In this document: positions 59,269-64,000 of the stretch, piece by piece
How the letters are laid out: each line of letters opens with the position of its first letter
Position numbering within the stretch: the first letter of the stretch is position 1
From: Seison nebaliae
Taxonomy: Eukaryota
Direction: 5' to 3'
Assembly: GCA_023231475.1 (NCBI GenBank)
Contig: JALJEE010000208.1
Location: 1 to 64,000 of the forward strand
DNA length: 64,000 nt
The notes under the pieces: model-generated
Told to the model about the DNA's origin: nothing
The model's input: only the letters and a program-made list of their open reading frames with translations
Databases searched by the model: none
Made by a program: the position numbers and the translations under genes

Positions 59269-61244
59269 ATGGTTAACACGGACGCTTCTTATGTCTTGAA
59301 TCCTGAAGATATTCGTCATTTCCATCAACAATTCACTTCTACTCATCAATGGACAATGAAACATAATGTTCCCCTTTACAACTCTTCTCATTTCCTTCTT
59401 CATCTCATCAACAGGATATCAAACAAATCAGTCAACGAAGAACTTGCGAATTCTCCAACAATGAGTCTCTCGCTAATTTAAATCGGAATCGTTATGCCAA
59501 TGTTCTGTCATGTTCCTCACTATTATTCTCTTTTTAGAATTTCATTTTTCTTTTCTTTTTTTAAGTCGATCATACTCGAGTTCATCTTCCACAAACCAAA
59601 AATGATTACATCAATGCCAATTTCGTCTATTTCCCATCTGTTGATCAGATTTACATTTCCGCACAAGGGCCACTCGATGGAACGATTCATCACTTCTGGC
59701 ATATGATCTGGAATCTCAACATTAATTGTATTGTCATGTTGAATAATTTGGAAGAGAAAAAACGTGTTAGTCTCATTATTTCCCTCCCTCTCTCTTTCTC
59801 TCTCTCTCTCTCACATTTTACTCACCATTAAAAACGATAAAAAAGTTTTTTTTTAAAAAGATTTCATTTTTGAATATTTTTCCGGAAATTATCATTAAAT
59901 GGGAAATTTGATTTTTCTTTTCATTCTTCCAGATAAAATGCGCAATGTATTATCCAAGTTTTGATAATTTGGATAAAAGAGGTTCCCATTTTGTTTCAGG
60001 AAATTTACTCATCAATCTCTTCTCGTTGTCATGGTAACCGATGACCAGATAGCAACATGGACGTCAAGAGTGTTTACGAAGCCAATAAGAACATGTTCCA
60101 CATAATCTGCATTAGTGAAATAACGGAAAATGAGAATTATACGATTCGAGAACTTTCCGTCTTCAATTATGAGATGTGTGAACATCGAACAATTTTTCAT
60201 TGTCATTATGTGAAGTGGCCAGATTTCGGCGCTCCAGTCGTTGATTCCAACTTCCTACAATTTATAGAAGTTGTTCATCGTTATGATAGTTTTGGACGAA
60301 AAAAAAATAAATTGAGTTCCGTCCCACCAAATTCTTCGAACGAAAAACATTTATGTCATTTTAGTCATCCACCTTTACTCGTTCACTGTTCGGCTGGTAT
60401 CGGTCGAACTGGAACATTTATAGTCATCGATCTTTGTATGAAACTTCTCGATCGATTCGTTTCAACATCGAAACAAGATGAAACGATGACTAATTTCGTT
60501 GAACTTGTCGTTCATTTGAGAACATGTCGAGAAGGATTAATTCAATCACCATCTCAATTAGAATTCTGTGTAGAATTCCTCCTTTACTTCATTGACAATT
60601 ATCTAACGGGAAAGAGAAACGAACAAATTATTGACTTCAATTACAAATTACCCACAACTTGCTTAAAGAATGACGAAAATGTTGAAGAGCCAAATTGTAA
60701 AATTTCACATCGACCACAATCAGCGAGACATTCTCAAAAATTACAACGAAATCCATTGACGACTATGAGTATTTTAACTGAATTCGAAAAATTGGATGAT
60801 CATCGTCGAATGTCGATCGGTGATGACGATAATGACGACGACGACGATTTTGATGGACATGATCGACCAACAACTGCCATTTATCAGAATGATCCTAAAA
60901 ACGAAATGGAATTTCCCAAATCTTTGGAATTGGAAGGAATTATCAAAAATTATAAGAAAGCTCATAATTTCGAAGATAAATTAGAATGGAATATGAATGC
61001 TAATTATTCGGAAAGATCGTCATCGGACAACAATTATTCCAAGAGGACATCGGTGGAAAAGTATCAACAGACTACGGAAATGGTTGATGATCGGAAGGAA
61101 TTTGAAAATTCCATCAAAAAATTACGGGAAGAATATAAACGAGAGAAATATCAAATGATATTGTTCTCAATGGGAATTGGAATTCTATTCGGTATTGGAT
61201 CATTTTATCTTTCTATTTATATCCGAGAACATCTTTTCTTTTAA
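59269..61244 (+). CDS. Non-receptor protein tyrosine phosphatase, PTP1B/TC-PTP (PTPN1/2)-like, with a C-terminal membrane anchor; introns 59368-59414, 59512-59565, 59766-59932, 59982-60048
   Basis: RNRYANV, DYINAN, QGPL, FWHMIW, IVMLN, KCAMYYP, WPDFG, VHCSAGIGRTG, GLIQSPSQ, and a hydrophobic C-terminal tail. Confidence 0.88.
60025..60038. promoter_or_regulatory. Near-perfect RFX X-box GTTGTCATGGTAAC inside PTP intron 4
   Basis: 14-bp palindrome with a single mismatch to GTTGCC-AT-GGTAAC. Confidence 0.55.
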
Positions 61245-61841
61245 TTCTGTCTTGTAATCTTTACATCGAATTAACTTATTTCTTTCCATATTCTTATTTT
61301 TCAATCATTTCTATTTAAATTAATCAAGTATTTGAATCCAGTAAATTCATCAAAAATTATCGCCTCTCACTACTAATATTTCGGTTATTTAAACGAATCA
61401 AATTTTCTAATTAAAACTTTTAGTCAATTAGTGTAGTTGTTATTTAGATACAATTCCAACTTGGGAAATAGTTCTCATTTAGTAATAATAATCTTTATAT
61501 TTTGTCTGTATGTTTTCATGGGGGAAAATTGAATAATTGATTTCCTAATGGATAATTCATAAACTTTCTTCTCTTCTTGAATTCATTAACAGGTTCATTA
61601 TCTTCGACGTTTCGTAATTTCGAATAAAATTCTAATATTCTTTAATGGGAAAAGTACAACAAATAAATTCTCAACTGTTCGAAGAAATAATTATATATTA
61701 CAATTAGAATGTTATCGTACTAATGTTCGATGAAAGTCATTGGTGAAAAATTCAACTTGTTTATAAAACTTTTTCCTTCGATTAATTTTATTGAGATGGT
61801 ATTAAAAAATAAATTTTTTTAATTAATTGACTTTTTTTCGA

Positions 61842-62498
61842 TTAATCTCTAATTTTTTCTTTCTTCTCAATAAGACGTTCAAAAGTCTGGATTGGAACTG
61901 CGTGACGTAACATCGGTCTCATTCCGAACGGAGTCATTACTGTTCGTAACGGTTGTTGTGGTTGTTGTGGTTGTAGCGGCTGTTGTGGTTGTTGTGGAAA
62001 TTGTGATGGTTGCGGTTGTTGTGGTGAACCAATAGCTTGATTTTGATAAGTTGAATAAGTAGCAACTATTTCGTTTAATTTGCCGAAGACTTGTTGTAAC
62101 ATGGCTTGTAACATTGGCTTAATAACTTGGAGCATAGCCGAACCAAAATCGACTACACCAGGAATCGGATTGATCATATTAGGATAAGTGGGTGATGGTG
62201 GAGTTGTGCTCATCTGTTCTAACAAATTAGCGAGTTGTCCGATGGAATTAATTTGTCTTTTTGAACGTGGCTTTTCTGTTGCCTTTTTTCCAGGTAACCG
62301 AATACGACCGATTAATGACTGTATTTTTTCGAAGACTTTATTCGTAAATCCAGAGAGCATTGGTCGAAAGAAAGAAAGAAATGTCTTTCCAACTGCTTTA
62401 GCATCAGTCTGACGAACATTCGGTTCTTTGACAGGGAGAGACGCTAAAGAACTAATTGAAATGAGAACGACAAGTGAACAGAAGATGATTCTTTTCAT
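61842..62498 (-). CDS. Secreted orphan precursor with duplicated amphipathic helices, an RSKR cleavage site and a P/Q-rich tail
   Basis: Signal peptide MKRIIFCSLVVLISISSLA, and repeats GKTFLSFFRPMLSGFTNKVFEKI / GSAMLQVIKPMLQAMLQQVFGKL. Confidence 0.7.
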   Translation of the reverse strand: MKRIIFCSLVVLISISSLASLPVKEPNVRQTDAKAVGKTFLSFFRPMLSGFTNKVFEKIQSLIGRIRLPGKKATEKPRSKRQINSIGQLANLLEQMSTTPPSPTYPNMINPIPGVVDFGSAMLQVIKPMLQAMLQQVFGKLNEIVATYSTYQNQAIGSPQQPQPSQFPQQPQQPLQPQQPQQPLRTVMTPFGMRPMLRHAVPIQTFERLIEKKEKIRD

Positions 62499-63477
62499 AA
62501 TTGATATAAAGAAAATTGTAGTTGAATATTTCGGAAAGAAGATTTATATGACATGACATTCATTGGAAGGAGAACTTGAGTAATAAATTAACGATACATA
62601 TCGAAGCCATTTATAAACAAAGAAATGGAACGAACTTTTCTTCCTATTTCTACATTATTCTTAAGTCGATTAGCAAACAGAGAGATTATTCGTTCTCTCA
62701 TCGAATCTCCTTCCCCATCAATGACCAATATCCATCAATACAACTCGTCATTACCACCGTAATAATATCAAGGAAATTTGTTAATTTAATTAAAACTAAA
62801 CATTTTATTAACTAATGATATTAAATACCTATAAATATAATTCATCCACAACATAAAAGAACTAGAAGACAATTATCAGACTAAAACAAGAAAGAAGTCA
62901 AAATATATTTCAAATTTAAAAGCAATATTTCAAAAGTTTGGAGTTCATATCTATAGAGTTCAGGAAGAAAGTAAAAGTTTCTAATAAATTAATGTTAATA
63001 TACATCGAATTTAAATGGTTGAATATTAAATGAAAATATTCCGTTATGAAATTAAAAAAGTCGAATTTCAATTTCCTATCAAAATGAATATTTTATCTTT
63101 TTTTTGCAAATTCTATCATGAAATGTTTGCAGAAATATCATTCTATTTATGCACAGAAGTTAGATTGTTGAAGTCATCCTATTTGTCGGTTATAAATAGA
63201 ATAACGGCAAAATTAATTTGTGTGCGTTTTGAAACATGTCGACACAAATTTAATTTTGAACAAATTTCTGTAAAAAAAGAATTTTTCAAAAGAGAAATTA
63301 TATTTTTGTGGTATTTAACTTTTTTTAATTATTATAAAATCAAAATGTCTTCGGGAAAAATTAAAGAAAAAGAATAAGAGGAGAAATTCAGATAGTTTCA
63401 ATTTGAGTTGCCGTTTTAATTTTTTAAATCAAAAAAGAATTAAGAACTTTGCAAATTTAAGAATTCTTAAACTGAAA

Positions 63478-64000
63478 CTAGTGATAGTCAACTACAACTC
63501 TCAAACAGATATTTTTTTGGCAGCATGTTTCGTCGTGCATCCATTGTGCACAAACTTCTGGGATATGATGAGGATGCAACATCGTCGTAATCAGCTGGCT
63601 TTTTTCCATTAGTTCCAACAAGGCGTTCATGACGTCCTTCGAATTAATTGCTTCTTGGACTCCGTGCAGTTTTTTTCCTGTGTCCGAAGTTCTTTCCAAA
63701 AACTCCTCCATCACTTGCGACAACTTGTCTTGATTTTCGTTTATCTGATCGAACCGTGTATTCACCTCCTTGGTGAAATGTGCCATATTATCTTTAAGGT
63801 TCATACAAGGTTCATCTCTAAGGAAAACACGCCAGTATTGAAAGCTTGATTAACAATTTCGAGAAGAATTGCCGATAACTGATCTCCGTAGCGTTGGACA
63901 AGTTTCGGACAGATCCCGTCGATACCGTGCGCTTTGTTGATTCCAATGGAGTTGATTGCATTGGTTATATCTCTAATCGTGAACATATCTGGACTTGTCA
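63478..64000 (-). mobile_element. Truncated non-LTR retrotransposon relic: pre-RT-core region (63801-64000) abutting a coiled-coil ORF (63478-63804); open at the window edge
   Basis: ITNAINSIGINKAHGIDGICPKLVQ...LSAILLEIVNQAFNTGVF matches the K-A-x-G-x-D-G...L..N...G.F motif preceding LINE RT domains. The segment is visibly more GC-rich than its flank. Confidence 0.7.

Noticed and set aside
3487..60048. GTT introns as U12-type introns or recent introner insertions
   Set aside because: They lack the U12 donor GTATCCTT and branch TCCTTAAC, share no sequence similarity or terminal repeats with one another, and some appear to occupy ancestral positions.
1..64000. Prokaryotic systems (CRISPR arrays, defence islands, bacterial operons)
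   Set aside because: The genes are metazoan with spliceosomal introns. The repeats are simple microsatellites, not repeat-spacer arrays.
1..64000. Alternative genetic code or stop-codon readthrough as the cause of fragmented ORFs
   Set aside because: ATP5F1A, EDEM2 and RPL19 translate normally with the standard code, and the breaks in conserved genes are resolved by short GT-AG introns.
1..64000. tRNA, rRNA, snRNA or SL RNA genes
   Set aside because: I recognised none by eye. Covariance-model searches would be needed to exclude them.

Overview
This is an AT-rich, gene-dense eukaryotic (animal) nuclear window, not prokaryotic. It holds about 30 protein-coding loci, many split by very short introns (39-72 nt), so the six-frame ORF track fragments them. 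Genes recognisable by protein motifs: PLEKHA8/FAPP2, MRPL46, MRGBP, a Cip/Kip CDK inhibitor, a CNBD protein, RPL19, ANKRD60, twist, ATP5F1A, an MITF/TFE bHLH-Zip factor, UQCR10 (missing from the ORF track), EDEM2, a TRMT2-like methyltransferase, a SLIMP-like SerRS paralogue, a PKN-like kinase, CFAP20, BBS4 and a PTP1B-like phosphatase. There are also several orphans, a BED zinc-finger fragment at the left edge and a non-LTR reverse-transcriptase relic at the right edge. The main unusual signal is the splicing code. Of 43 introns reconstructed by hand in 12 genes, 40 start with GTT (U at +3) rather than GTRAG. +5G is mostly absent from short introns but present in the three long ones, and 11 of 43 acceptors are AAG/GAG. 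This suggests divergent 5' splice-site recognition (U1/U6). Other points of note: operon-like spacing with unpaired acceptors, two adjacent mitochondrial pseudoenzymes, and RFX X-boxes including one inside an intron. The taxon cannot be fixed from the sequence; a compact-genome invertebrate such as a seisonid rotifer is a guess only. All homology calls are from remembered motifs, not database searches.
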